Shown here: piece after piece, positions 52,242 to 64,000 of the stretch | How positions within the stretch are numbered: position 1 is the first letter of the stretch | Layout: every line of letters starts with the position of its first letter | Assembly: GCA_965645245.1 (NCBI GenBank) | Contig: OZ287070.1 | Location: 1,798,001-1,862,000, forward strand | Reading direction: 5' to 3' | Length of the DNA: 64,000 nt | Origin: Massalongia carnosa | Taxonomy: Eukaryota | Program-made: the position numbers and the translations under genes | The notes under the pieces: model-generated | Told to the model about the DNA's origin: nothing | Seen by the model: the letters and a program-made list of their open reading frames with translations, nothing else | Database searches by the model: none

Positions 52242-53158
52242 GATGAAATCCGTCCCCAAGCAATTCTCGATACTCGACAAGATGAGAAACGAAGTGGCAG
52301 ATGTCCTTACAATTGTACTCCTGGAGATTTGCGCTCGGAGCCAAAGACCGGCAGTGGTGGTCCATGTCCACATCCAAGTCCATGATTCATCTCTAGTCTT
52401 GTGAAAAAGCAAGTGATTAACCATGAGATCATGCAGTTGAAGATTCGATGCCACTTCCAGCGTCGGTTTTCATCATCGAACCCATCCTTTGCTGGATGTA
52501 AGGGAATCATGGTGTCGCGTAACTGCAAACTAATGGCAACGCGCTGCGCTCGGCTTCCCGTGTGCAGAATGTCAACTGCCCATTTTCTTCTTTTGAGAGT
52601 CATGATCAAGGAAGAAGAGAAGAGGGAAACACTAATGCGGCTTCTATTGGCCTTTTGTAGATCACTCTACTGTCTTCGAACCGCATCGAAGGAGTGGGTG
52701 TTTGATAATCGACCGAAAGGTGCATTAACGAGCGATGTTCCGTTTGGGTTTAGCGTGCGGCTCGGTAGTCGACGGGGGTCTAAAACGGTTGGCTGTCCCG
52801 TCCCAAGATGGCTTAGCGTATAGTGTGCAGGGAGTCGCCGGCGCAAGCCCTAAGCTAGTCCTCTTTCGGTGGTCCACCTAAGTCGAAGTCCTTTTGAGTT
52901 TGTTATCGCTGGTGTGCCTGTTGTCATTGTGTGACTTTGTGTGACTTTTTCTAGTGTGAGGGCATGGCGCACATTATGATTCCCCGTTAACCCCAAGCCT
53001 CATGAAGATTTCACATGCCCCGAACCACACCAAAAATAACACTTGCTTTGGAGTACGGAATATATAGGCAGGAACACCTGCTGCACCCCATTAACTATGC
53101 AAATTCCTAAATCATCCTCTCCCATCTCCCTCCGTTGTCTCCCATACCCTTACCCACG

Positions 53159-53897
53159 ATGCGTTTCTCCAAGATCTCCGTTCGCAACGCCCTCCAGTTC
53201 CTGGCCGCCCTCGCCCTAACAACCACCCCCACCACCGCCGGCACCATAAGTGTCTGCCCAAAAAACGCCACAGTAAACCCCGCCTTCACTACCCCCGTCC
53301 CCTTCTTCGACCTCCCGAAAGTGTTTCCGCCCTCCACCGCGCCCGCGAGCTCCGTAGATCTCAACCGGATCCGCAACACCGCTGCGCTCTACCCCCTCGG
53401 CGTTGACGCCAAGAATTTCGCCTCGCTGGACCGCGTGTTCCGGCACGAAGTAGTGGCCAACTTGTCGCAAGGTGGGCTGGATCATGGGTTGCCAGCCCTG
53501 CAGAAGGCGCTGGAGGCGAGCTTCGTGGGGCTGAGGACCCAGCATCAGCTGGGAACGCAGTACATTGATTTCACGGACCATGGGTGCCAGGCGCGGAGCG
53601 TGACGTACTTTACCGCCACGCTGCTGGGCACTGGCGCTTCGGCGGGACAGGTATGTCGTAGATGTTAAGGGGCTGGTTGGCTAGAGAGGGTACGATGGCT
53701 GATGTGGTTACGGTGTAGGTGGTCTATGCACTGGGACAGTATCAGGACAGTTGGGTGAAATTCCAGGAGGAGTGGCGCATCGCCTATCGGAATCTTGTAT
53801 TTATGGTAAGAGTTTCTTCCTCTTCTTTTTGCCATAGCTAACGCTGGTTTGCCATTAGAGCCAGCCCGTTGGGAACGCATCCATTGTGCCGCATTAG
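53159..53897 (+). CDS. Secreted SnoaL-like / NTF2-fold protein, three exons
   Basis: Signal peptide MRFSKISVRNALQFLAALAL, then IRNTAALYPLGVDAKNFASLDRVF, TQHQLGTQ, SVTYFTAT and GQYQDSWVK..WRIAYR. Introns 53651-53719 and about 53806-53859. Stop TAG at 53895-53897. Confidence 0.8.
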
Positions 53898-54358
53898 GGA
53901 GCTGTTTCCGAGGTGGATCAACTTTGTCTGTGTCAAAGGAGTGGTGGGTTTAATCTGTGTTGAGATATTCGTTGGTTAAACGGGCCATCTTCGTGCGAAA
54001 AATTTCGACTTGTCTGGCTGGAGTGAAAGGAGGGTTGGATGGACACAGCGTGGGGGAGAGAGGCATAAGAATAAAATGGAAGTTTTGGAAACCCGGATTG
54101 AGATGGAGTTTAGAAATATTGTGTAGTAAATAAAGAGTTCAGCAGCTGTCCAATAAACTCATTCCTCTCGGTCATGCGAAACCATCCGTGAAACTAGGAG
54201 GGTCGCGAAAGCCACCTATACAAAAACAAAACACCCATCCTTACACAGGCTGACCATACCAGGGGCACTCCCTTCCAAACGAAGTGACTGCGCGAAAGAT
54301 AGTTTACGCCTTTGAAAATTCCCTCCATCCAGCGTCGGAGAAACCAGATCTCGCCATA

Positions 54359-57070
54359 TCAATAAGTGTCTTCAAAAGGGCAATCCACACTCTCATGCCC
54401 GTCCCTCTCACATAATGCGCACCACTTGGTCTCATCCACAACCCCACTGGCCTTGCCGGCCACCATTTCCCCGTCCCTTAGGTTATTGACATCCTGCATC
54501 TTGGGCGTGCCAACGGCCACACTATTAGCATAGTGGACCGGTGCAGGGCTTGAGGGCGAAGCGCGCGGTTCTTCAGGAGGCTGCGACGACGACGACGACG
54601 AGATGGCTAGGCCCTTGAGTCCTTCTAGGACGACATCGCGGCCTGTCCGCTGGGGTTCGGTGCTCGACCTCTGCGGGTCTTGAGAATGGCCATCGTGGTG
54701 GGAGTTAGAGTGGTTGACGAACATGTTGGTGCAAGTCAAGATATCATGACCGCCCGTTTCGCAGATCTCGCACCAGAGATTGCTGCAATCGGTAACGGTT
54801 GAGTGAGCGTCCACCTCCGGCATCGTTTCAAGCTGGTTAGAATGCCGATGCTTCTCTGGGGAAGGTGGCTCACGCCATTCGTTCATCGTGTCTTTGTTAT
54901 CGCGGCCGGAGTTGCGCCTGTAGGGCATGGCCGTGCGTTCGGAGATTCCATTGCTATTGGAACTGATATGTTTAGTCGCAATGCTACGTAAACGCTCAAT
55001 CTCATGCTCCAGCTCCTCTTCGCGATACGTCTTTTGATCTACAAGACCTTCTAATTCTCTGACTTCACGCTCGAGTATCTCTCTTATGTGGCGGTCGTCT
55101 TCAACCTGATCTTCGCTGTGTCCGTTGCCTTGGCTGAGGTTGCTATGTCTCGGCTTCGATACTCGGCGGTTGCCATTCAAATTTCCCATGTCAGGCACCG
55201 CATCTCGACTCAATGAGTGGATGATAGCCTTCAGGCCTCGGATTTCGTCATCTCTCTGCTCGATCTCGCGCGACAGCCCATTTAGACTCGACCCGCTATC
55301 TACGGTGGAGCCGGCTGCTTTTAGCATAGCGGCCGCCTTTTCTCGTTCTCGTCTCAGTTCTGATCTGCCCCGCTCAACCTCGCCCCTCAAGAATTCTACC
55401 TCTCCTCTTGCCTCTGCTTCGCCTCGACGTGCGTCTTCCAACCCTTCTTCGAGTTCTTGAACTAGGTCCTCGAGCTGCTTCAGCTGTTGCTCGACGCTTT
55501 CCATATCATCTCCTCTGTCTTGAAGTTCTCTAATCTCCTGCGTTAGATCATCGACTTTTCTTTCATATACTCTTTCCGTCTCAGTGCTGGCGAGCTCCAG
55601 TGTATCGATCGTGCTTCGAAAATCCGCTCGATGAGCGTCAAACTCAGCTGTGAGCATTGCAATCTTCTCGTTCTTTTCCCTTAGGAGGATCCGCAATTGA
55701 GGCGCATCTGCATCGTCAATTCCTGAGCCTCGAGACCCACGAGTAGACCCATTGGAGTGGTGCTTCGGCATAGCTGCCTGCAGTTCTACTAAACTATGCT
55801 CCATTTCAGCCAAACTGGCTGTCTGTTCCTCTAGCTGCTTATCACGCTCTTCTAACTTTTTCCTCAGTCGTTGTATCTCTCCCTCTAGGCCGGACCCGGA
55901 ACGTGAACTTTGCTTAGTTCCCGGGGCCCCAAAGCTGGTCTTAGCAATGCCTATGGGGGTGGCGTCGGACTCTTCATCAAACATTGGCTCCGGACCAAGC
56001 CGTGATTGGCTCCGAGATGCTGGTCTCCCGTTGCTTCTCCCATCTTGTTTGTACACGGAGTCTGCTCTTTTGCTTATATCAAGAGAAGTAGAATCTTTCC
56101 CAGCGCGCATGCTTGATCCAAATTTACCAGGAATAGGGCTGGGTGCGTATCGGGGTGTGCCCAATCCACTTTTGGAAAACTTTGGCGCACCGAGAGACGG
56201 TCTTCCGACTGGTGTAGAGTTGACATTTTGTATTTTCCTTAGGGGGGACTCTGGTCTGGGTAAGGATGGGCGAGATCTAGGTCGAAATGCAGGACTGGCG
56301 GCTCGACCAGGCCCCACAGATTGACTGAGCTTTGACAGAGATGGGGTTGGTGGCGTATGTATATTACTTTCCGCACGGCCTCCAAGATTAAATGCGGTTA
56401 AAGATGAGGTATTTGGCGTTGGTGGGAAGGAGTCGGATGATATGGTCGGCGAAGCGCGCTTGTAAGCTTTACTTGACGGAAGGAAGATACCGGATCCAGG
56501 TATCGATGTAGCGAAATATCGAGTCCTGTCCCTGCGACTCAATAATTGTGCTTCAACGTCAACGAGCTGCGATTGTTACCCTTCAACGTCCCCATCATTC
56601 TTCCCTCTAGCGGCCCACTCCCTGCTCAACTCCACACCAGCAAAGACGCCTTTCTTACCCTTGACTTCGCCTATGAACTTGACCACTCCATGCATGCCAC
56701 CGGGTACATCGACGGTATCTCCAACCTCGAGATTTGTGTTTCCAATCTTGTCGCCATTCACGGTCTTGTTTGCGGCTGGCGTGGTGGGATGCATCGTCAA
56801 CGGACTCGAGCGTGCTCCTTGCGCCGGGGTTGAGCCGTAGTCTGTACAATTATCGGGGACCGTGGACGACGATCGAGGGGTCAACGGGCCCAGGGAAGCT
56901 TTGCGCGCAAAGGCCGTGCCCACGCTAGATCCCGAGACAGTCGAGGATGGTAACGGAGGTCGGGGAGCTGTCGCGGCCTGATTTGGGGATGAGTTATGGT
57001 TGGAGGAGCCCTGGCCTAGAGATGGTCGATGGCGAGCAAATGAACGGCGATGAGGTGTAATGGATGCCAT
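54359..57070 (-). CDS. CAP-Gly domain CLIP-170/Bik1/Tip1 homologue
   Basis: CAP-Gly GVVKFIGEV..FAGVEL..GKNDG, a long coiled coil, two C-terminal zinc knuckles (CEICETGGH..C, CALCERDGH..C) and an acidic-aromatic EDTY tail. One intron at about 56528-56579. Confidence 0.9.
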
Positions 57071-60000
57071 TAGGATTATGAAATGATAAATATTGACTAA
57101 TAACGTTTAATTTCCAGCAAGCTTGTGGTTTTGCTTGCCACGCTATGCTGGGAAGCGTTATCTCGGAACCCAAAAGGGTAAAGATTCGCGTGTATTTGGC
57201 GATCTAGTTGCCAGGAGAATGCTCATCACGTGCAAGCCGAGAGAATGTCATACATGTTGTTGTTGGTTACAACGGCTGACGGTTTTACTCTCTTTACAAC
57301 AGTCCGAAACGATCGCACAATTGAACTCAACCCACCAAACATGGTCGAGAAGTGTGGCTTAAAGTTGGGCAAATCATACCATACCGTTCTAGAATCGCAA
57401 ACGCATACATGCATGAACATTCGATGAAACCTTCGAGAAGTCTAATCACATCACTCACGCTATTTTCCCTCGGTTTACAGCTGATCTCGTGTATCCAGCC
57501 ATGCATTCAGCAATACATCTATATCTCCTCATCAATCTTTGCTCTGGATGCTCCATGACCAATATTTCCGAGTCTCCGTCTTCTAATTGCATGGGTCGTC
57601 GAGTAGACTGGTAAGGTGGCAGCGGATGGTACCTAGAGGTACTTAGGTTGGGGGATGTACGCGTATCAAAAGGGTACCCATGTATCCATCAAGAAGGCTT
57701 CCATTCACGAAAGCCATAAGCATTAATAACTGGCCAGATAGCAGAGAGGCGCCCAAGACCACACAGCTCCTAGGTCAAATGGAGTCTCCCGTATTGAGGG
57801 TGAATGTTACTGACTAGAGACTTGGTCATTGAACAATCTAAACTGCCTTGCAAGAATGACATAACCATCCGGGACTTCAACAAGGCACGTGGAGATAGTG
57901 TATAAGAGAAAGAACGGAGCTCCTGTGCAGATTGAGGCTCGAATCTCTTCTCGCTACGTTGCCGCTAACATACAAAAACACACGGCGCGGAATCAATGAT
58001 TGACATGTTTCTTCCTGGATTGAATTACTATCCACTCAATACAATCCCACTTCAACCAACTCATACAAAGTAGAACTAAGGAATCTCGTGGTGGCAGGTA
58101 CTCCTAATTTATCCTACCGCACATTGTTGACGAAGTTCGAGGATACTGGAGGGATTGAACAGCAAGATTGGTGAAGATTCGTACAAAGCAACAAGTGTTG
58201 TCTTCCACCCGTGTTTGTCCGTTGTCATACTATCCGTAGGTTTCAGCAATTGATTCGATTACGAGGAACAGAGAATGAAGTCGCCGATTTACTATACTAG
58301 AAATAACCAATTGTTCCGGTCAGCTGACCTGTGCCGTCCGACCACCTCGGAACATGTCCTGGCTATTGTACAACAATATGGGTAATCGACCGAAGGTTTG
58401 GATTTCCTTTACTTTTCCACGTGGGCAATATATTTTCTTTCGAGACATCTGTAGTCTTCGCTGTAAAAAAGGAGAATATTCTGTACTATTGAATAATTAA
58501 CTCATCAACCCATGTTTTTTTCTCTTCTTTTTATTACTTTTGTTTTCTTACCAAATTTTCGGTCCATCATGGCCGATCTGGATTGTCTGCAAAGGAACAC
58601 GTTTGATGCAGCAATCAACCCAAATAATCCAGCACTAGACTGGCCATTCCCTCTAAGCGACTTTGTGGTTGATGCCGTCTACGGGTTAAAGACGAATCGA
58701 ATTAGTACAGAAAATCAAGAGAATTCAGAAGTGACCGCAGAACCTGTACCCGTTGATATAGGAACTGATCCACTTGATTCAAAAACTTCAGGAACATAGG
58801 AAACAGATGCTGGACCCAGTCGATATAATCCGTAACCTACCAAGCTATTCCAGAAAACCAAGAAGCCTCTTCGCCAATCATGGGGATCAGCACCGCCGAC
58901 TCGACTCCCAAAATCTTTACACCACCGATAGTTGACGGAAATAAGGCTGGTTTCGGCATATCCAGCTGTACACGGATCGTCAACGAGCAGACTATAAAGT
59001 GGGTGACTCTGTGCTATCTTGGCCCAGCAAATCCTCAAGGTACTGTTAATCCTAAGTATGTGAATGGCAGAAATTGTGTACTTCTTTTCCCGCAATATCC
59101 GTAAACAAGGAGATCAAATGGCGTTATGAATGATGCCTGAGGCTGCAACTGCTAGAGTTTGGAACGTCTTCCTTTTCTTCCCTCAATGGACTTGCTAGGA
59201 ACATGTTAGAGAATCCAGCTAGCCAAGGCTTTAGTGTTTTCCTGTTCTCCAAATACACAATGCTCCACATCGCTCCCAAAGCGAATACTGGATTTGTAAA
59301 TAAATTATACAATTACGATTGGACTTCCTGTAAGCTCCTACAAATATCTCAGTCCGATGATTCCACGATTTGAGACAAAAGAAAGATAACTGATTAAAAA
59401 ATAGCGCCTAAGTAGCTTGGAAAACTTTTTGATTCCGAGTCAAATTAATTACAATATGTGCGTTCTGAACGTCAGCGAGAGGAATCCGGGTTGGTGTTCC
59501 AGCAACGACTAGACAAAGCCATGAGTCAAGACCACAAGTATGCAATATAACCATGGTCGTCAAGAACTATTCGTTCCGAATAATCCAGCTACAAATATGA
59601 GCGATATCAAGGAACGAACGAGCTCTGCCTACTTAATGAAGGAGGCTTCCGGGGATTACCTTCTATGTTGTTAAAAATATTGTAGCTCACACTTGTTACT
59701 TACAGTCTAAAGGCACTTGCAGAAACTCATCCAATATTTGAAGAAAGGAAGAAAAACATTTCTCGTGCGGCCTTCCAAGCCTGTTTCTTGGTTTGCGCTA
59801 TAGACGTTAGATGAAGACAGGTGCTATCGCTCTTACGTCTCCCTACCGAACAGTGATACAGGGTCGGAGAAGATGGTGATCAAGTTTGCCTGTAGGTCTT
59901 TGCAACCAATAGATTCGAGATAGGAGGGTATGAATGAAAGTCGATTTCCCAAGTCTAAATAAACAGCAAGTCGTACGATCAAAACTCGCTAGCATGCACG

Positions 60001-60490
60001 GAAATCGATTTCCTCCGCTGTCTATCCATCCATCGATCCATCTCAACCAATGCGCCACTAGTTATTATAAACAATACCATTATCCTCAAAGCCCTCAGCA
60101 TTCATCACTCATCTCCATAAGTCATCGTCGTTACTTGATTGGACGTGTATCGGGGGCTGCTAATCTTGTGAGTAGGTAGGTATCTGACAGCAACTCAAGG
60201 GGAGTTTGTTTAGATAAATTATGTCGCTGTGAAATCTGGAGGATTTCCTAGTTTTTTGAAATGGTGTAGCCATTTATGTACTCTTTATACCTTGCACTTA
60301 ACTACCCGTTGTGCGACAGGGGCTGCTCTGCACGCAAGCGCCCGAGATACAAATTTAGTCCATCAGCCTTCCTTGAACCGTTTCATCAGCCTCATGCAGA
60401 TCACGGGATTTACTTTGCTTCAGTTTTAAACCCTTTCTGCCTTCCCTCTCCCCATCCGCCCATCTTTCACAAACCAAAAATTCTCCAAGT

Positions 60491-62234
60491 ATGCCGGCGG
60501 AAAGCACCACTCTCATGCGCGGCGCGCTGAGTGCCGATGATCTGGAGCTGGGTTCCTTGTCACGAAAGCAGTCGGGCTTTGATTCGTCGCGGTCGAGTTT
60601 GGACGAGGAAAGGTCTTGCCGCCAATGTTGCGACGTTCAGGTTCACGACGAGGGTTCCCTAGAGGGCACTGAGGCTGTAGTGCTGCCTGAGTCGTACCGA
60701 GTCACTTCTTTTGAGAGCCTGGGCGTCTCGAAGGATTCGCCTGGTTTGTTGCGAGAACGGCTTAAGGTAGGGGGATAGTCTTCTGGCTCGGAGAATGACG
60801 GATGATGCTTACGGTTCCGAAAAGGCTAGGGATTCTACGAGAACAAGATGGATGTATGTGAAGGGAGCCTTTTTGGCACAATTGAGGAATGAGGCTTAAA
60901 CGAGAGCAGTAACATAGTCGGTTGGTCTAGTTTGTTGGTTGATGTGCGGGTTTTCAGGCATAATGACAAGTTCGTTGCACAAGAAGCTCATGTATTGAGT
61001 AGGAAGTTATAAGTTCTCACCTTGGCAATCATGGATGCCTTGATATGGACGATCTGTCAATACAGATGCTCGGTGGTCCCACAAAAGTAGAAGGCGGAGG
61101 TGAACGTAAGTCTTCAACCCTTATTTTTGAATTCCGCAAAGACAAATCTTGGGTCTTAGTGTGATTGGTGCAGTTATATGGCTTCAGACGCAAATCTGGT
61201 TTGTCGGAAAACGAGCTCGGCGTTGGTCGTCGATGCGGAAGTCTGGATTTCGGATGATCATCTGTCTTCCCACGAAGACCTGCGCTGGTATGTGGTTGCC
61301 ACTCGCTCATCCGTCGATCGTGTTGTTTAACCCTAGGCATCTGCAGGAACTCTGATTACCAACTTTGCAGGCCCCTTTCAGATAGCAGAAGAAGTCAGCA
61401 GTATCTGTATCGAAAGGGTCCTTGAAAACCATCCCCTTGGTCGACAATCGTTAGGCTGTCCCTGGATTCTTGCCTTTGCAATACTAAGGACAATGGCTGA
61501 GCAGCTGGATTTTGCTTTCGAGATTTTTGATCCAATCGAATCACAGACGGCAAGTTTTCATCTTGTCTTATCCTGGCAGATCAATATTGACAACAATCAG
61601 CTGCCTAGCATCCCAAGGTTAGGTGATCTGCCTATCATTCTAGAAAAAGCCAATAGACTCGCGCGTATAGACCGCTACCTTTCTAGCTTGGAGGAGTTTG
61701 CTTCCTTCTTTCTCTCCGTTCAGCAACTGCATCTTTCGGAGCCAGCAAGTAATAAAAAAACATATTCGCCGGCATTTCGCTCGCACCGTGTCATGGAAGC
61801 AGCAAAGTTTGAAGCTTCAAGAGCTCGCAATAAAATTTCGCATGAACAGAAGCTTTGCAGCACATACATGAAGCAATTTGAGACCCTGGTCCAAATGGTA
61901 AGTCAAACCAAGCCACCTTTCCTAACAACCTACATCGTGTTGATCTCTTGCCGCCCAGGTGATTTCCTACAGCGCAACACAAATTACGGAGCGAATGGAT
62001 CAGGGAACCAAAATTGCAAAGCTCGGTATGGTTGTGGCTGGAATCGCCGGCATTGCTTCGCCCTTAGGTTTGTTGACTAGCTTTTATGGGATGAATGTGA
62101 AAGAGTTCACCGCAGGAGCTTCAGTCACTCTTTTCGAAGTCTGGCAAATTGGAGTACCTATATTTTTAGCCACAATAGTTGGCTTCGCTATGATCGGGGT
62201 ATGGATGATGACTGACGCTAGCCAACAAAGATAA
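60491..62234 (+). CDS. CorA-like Mg2+ transporter-domain protein, multi-exon
   Basis: Last exon has PLGLLTSFYGMNV (GMN signature) between two TM segments. The upstream ORF fragments can be joined by several GT..AG introns. Exon structure is approximate. Confidence 0.7.
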
Positions 62235-62504
62235 CGAATTCGTAATGGGGAATTCGCGTCTTTTGTGAATAGTGGCGAGGAAAGTTTTGAGATGAGAGAT
62301 TTTATGGTCTATGGGTTTCGATATTGGTGTTATGAAGTGTAATATATGTCCATAGCTGCCGATGTAAGCATGCCAAAGACCTTGAGGTCACCCAATACAA
62401 AATTCAAAAAAGCCCCAATATATTTGCAAGTAACCAATCATTTCCACAGCATCCGGTCTATACTGCACGCGTATTAATCTACCTATAGCCCAAAAGACTG
62501 CAAA

Positions 62505-64000
62505 TTAGGAAATGCGTATCTGCATTCGAAGAAGGATGAGCACTCCACTTGCCATACTCATCCCACCAGCATAGGCAACCAGGTACTACTCATTTGTCAT
62601 CTCTATAAGCCCAAAACAGTGCTTTCAAATTTGAGCTTACCTTGTATTTTCCAATAGCATAAGCATCTAGCATAATTGGTGGCGAGTGTCGAAGTATAGA
62701 AGTTCCAACAGGGCCCACAGAGAGTATTGCAATACCGCGGAAGAAACTGAAGAGGCTATGTGTTGCAGTGAAGACCTCGCCGTTTTTACCAGAAACCTCC
62801 GAGTAGAAAGAAAACAAACAATTGCTAAAACCTGGCAGCGATTAGAAGGCGCACTGTGTAAACGCGTTATATGTCTTACCTCCACTCGCGAGACCAGAGC
62901 AAATCGCATACATAAAAAGCCCAAACTTCGTTTTGGCGAAACCCCAGACCAAGAAAGTGGATAATGAAGTTGAGACCGCACAGCCAGCAATCAAGCCCTG
63001 ATAGAAAACGCTATCACTAAGCCACCCAAGTCCGTACGTTCCGATCATGTTGCAGAGGACATGGAGTGATAAGGCGAGTGCTTGATTAGAGGTATTGATT
63101 TTAAGATCAGTACCAAAGGTTGTGATAAACATGTACGGTACATTTACCACAAGGTGGAATAAGAGAGAAACCACGAGGAAGAACATAACGTTTTGGGTCT
63201 GTAACGCTGCTATCTTGGACATCGGTGGTTTGGCCGGCTTGATGATAACCTCTGCGGCCGGGTAACGACCCCGAAGAAGCAGAATAGAGGGGACAAGGAG
63301 CGCAAGCATTGGTGCTACAAGAAATCGTAAAGTTTTCTCAAATCCATGTGTGTCTAGAAGCCACTGGCAAATTAGTGGAAATACCAATGCCCCTAATCTG
63401 AATCCAAGCCAAATGATTCCCATAGCCTCTCCTTGCCTTTTTTCGAACCACTCGGAGAATATTGACACATGAACAAAATTCAGCATGATGCCGCCGACTC
63501 CAAAAAGGACACCTTGGGTTAGCACCACCTGCCATGCAGTGTCCGCACAACTCGCCAAAATCAGTGACAAAGTCATCGTGAGTATGCCGACTACCACGAG
63601 CATCTGACGGTATTTGGCCGATTTAGGCAAGAGTTGGAAGAGGAATCCTTCCTCTATGTCTTGAATTCCTGGTGCTAGCAGTGGTAGAATTAAGGAATTA
63701 GGATACCTTGGGTTGTCTCCGGACGATAGGAAAGTTTGAAATATTGGAAAAGCGTGCGGAAATCCTATTCAAGCCCGCCAAGTCAGGAGGGTGTCTATCG
63801 AACTCTAAAGATTGGAACTCACCCCATATGACTATGTACATCGCAAAAGCACTTGCGACATAGCTCCAAGCACCAAATCCCTCGTCTACAGGCTGCAGCG
63901 TAACCACGTTTGCAGTTGCGTCGAATTTGCCAAGCTCCAGCGAATTGACAGGCCCATCATAGATAGAATGAGATGGAGAAGTGTCACTCGATGGCTTTTT
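62505..64000 (-). CDS. MFS monocarboxylate-transporter-like (Mch family) protein, 5' end outside the window
   Basis: PVDEGFGAWSYV, VLTQGVLFGVGG, SEWFEKRQGEAMGI, GWLSD and multiple TM helices. Spliced. Stop at about 62505. Confidence 0.85.

Noticed and set aside
1066..56324. Many antisense or overlapping ORFs in the track (for example 1066-1626, 18058-18627, 39325-39885, 55752-56324)
   Set aside because: They are shadows of real genes with biased codon usage and have no independent motifs.
58512..59330. Short ORFs with stops that might be a decayed gene
   Set aside because: No recognisable domain, and it cannot be distinguished from intergenic sequence by eye.

Overview
Intron-containing filamentous-ascomycete (Pezizomycotina) genomic DNA. 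A lichen-forming lineage is plausible but is only an inference. The left half is mostly housekeeping genes: TVP38-like, GH38 alpha-mannosidase, thioredoxin reductase, CCCH/SMR protein, LETM1/MDM38, AK3-type adenylate kinase and an ENV7-type kinase. It also holds a disabled, divergent G-alpha gene and a 603-bp MITE with 23-bp TIRs and an 8-bp TSD. From about 29.2 to 53.9 kb lies a DHN-melanin/naphthol-type cluster: a non-reducing PKS (SAT-KS-AT-PT-ACP-ACP-TE), an AflR-type Zn2Cys6 regulator, a tetrahydroxynaphthalene reductase, a scytalone dehydratase, a decayed Baeyer-Villiger/flavin monooxygenase, and a laccase head-to-head with a secreted SnoaL/NTF2-like protein. The right end has a CAP-Gly CLIP-170 homologue, a CorA-like protein and a partial MFS transporter. 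The most notable cryptic signals are a probable CUG-initiated mitochondrial presequence on thioredoxin reductase, the laccase/SnoaL pair with the BVMO relic inside the cluster, TCG-N5-CGA sites in all three divergent cluster promoters, and the MITE. Exon boundaries and family assignments were made by eye, without database searches.
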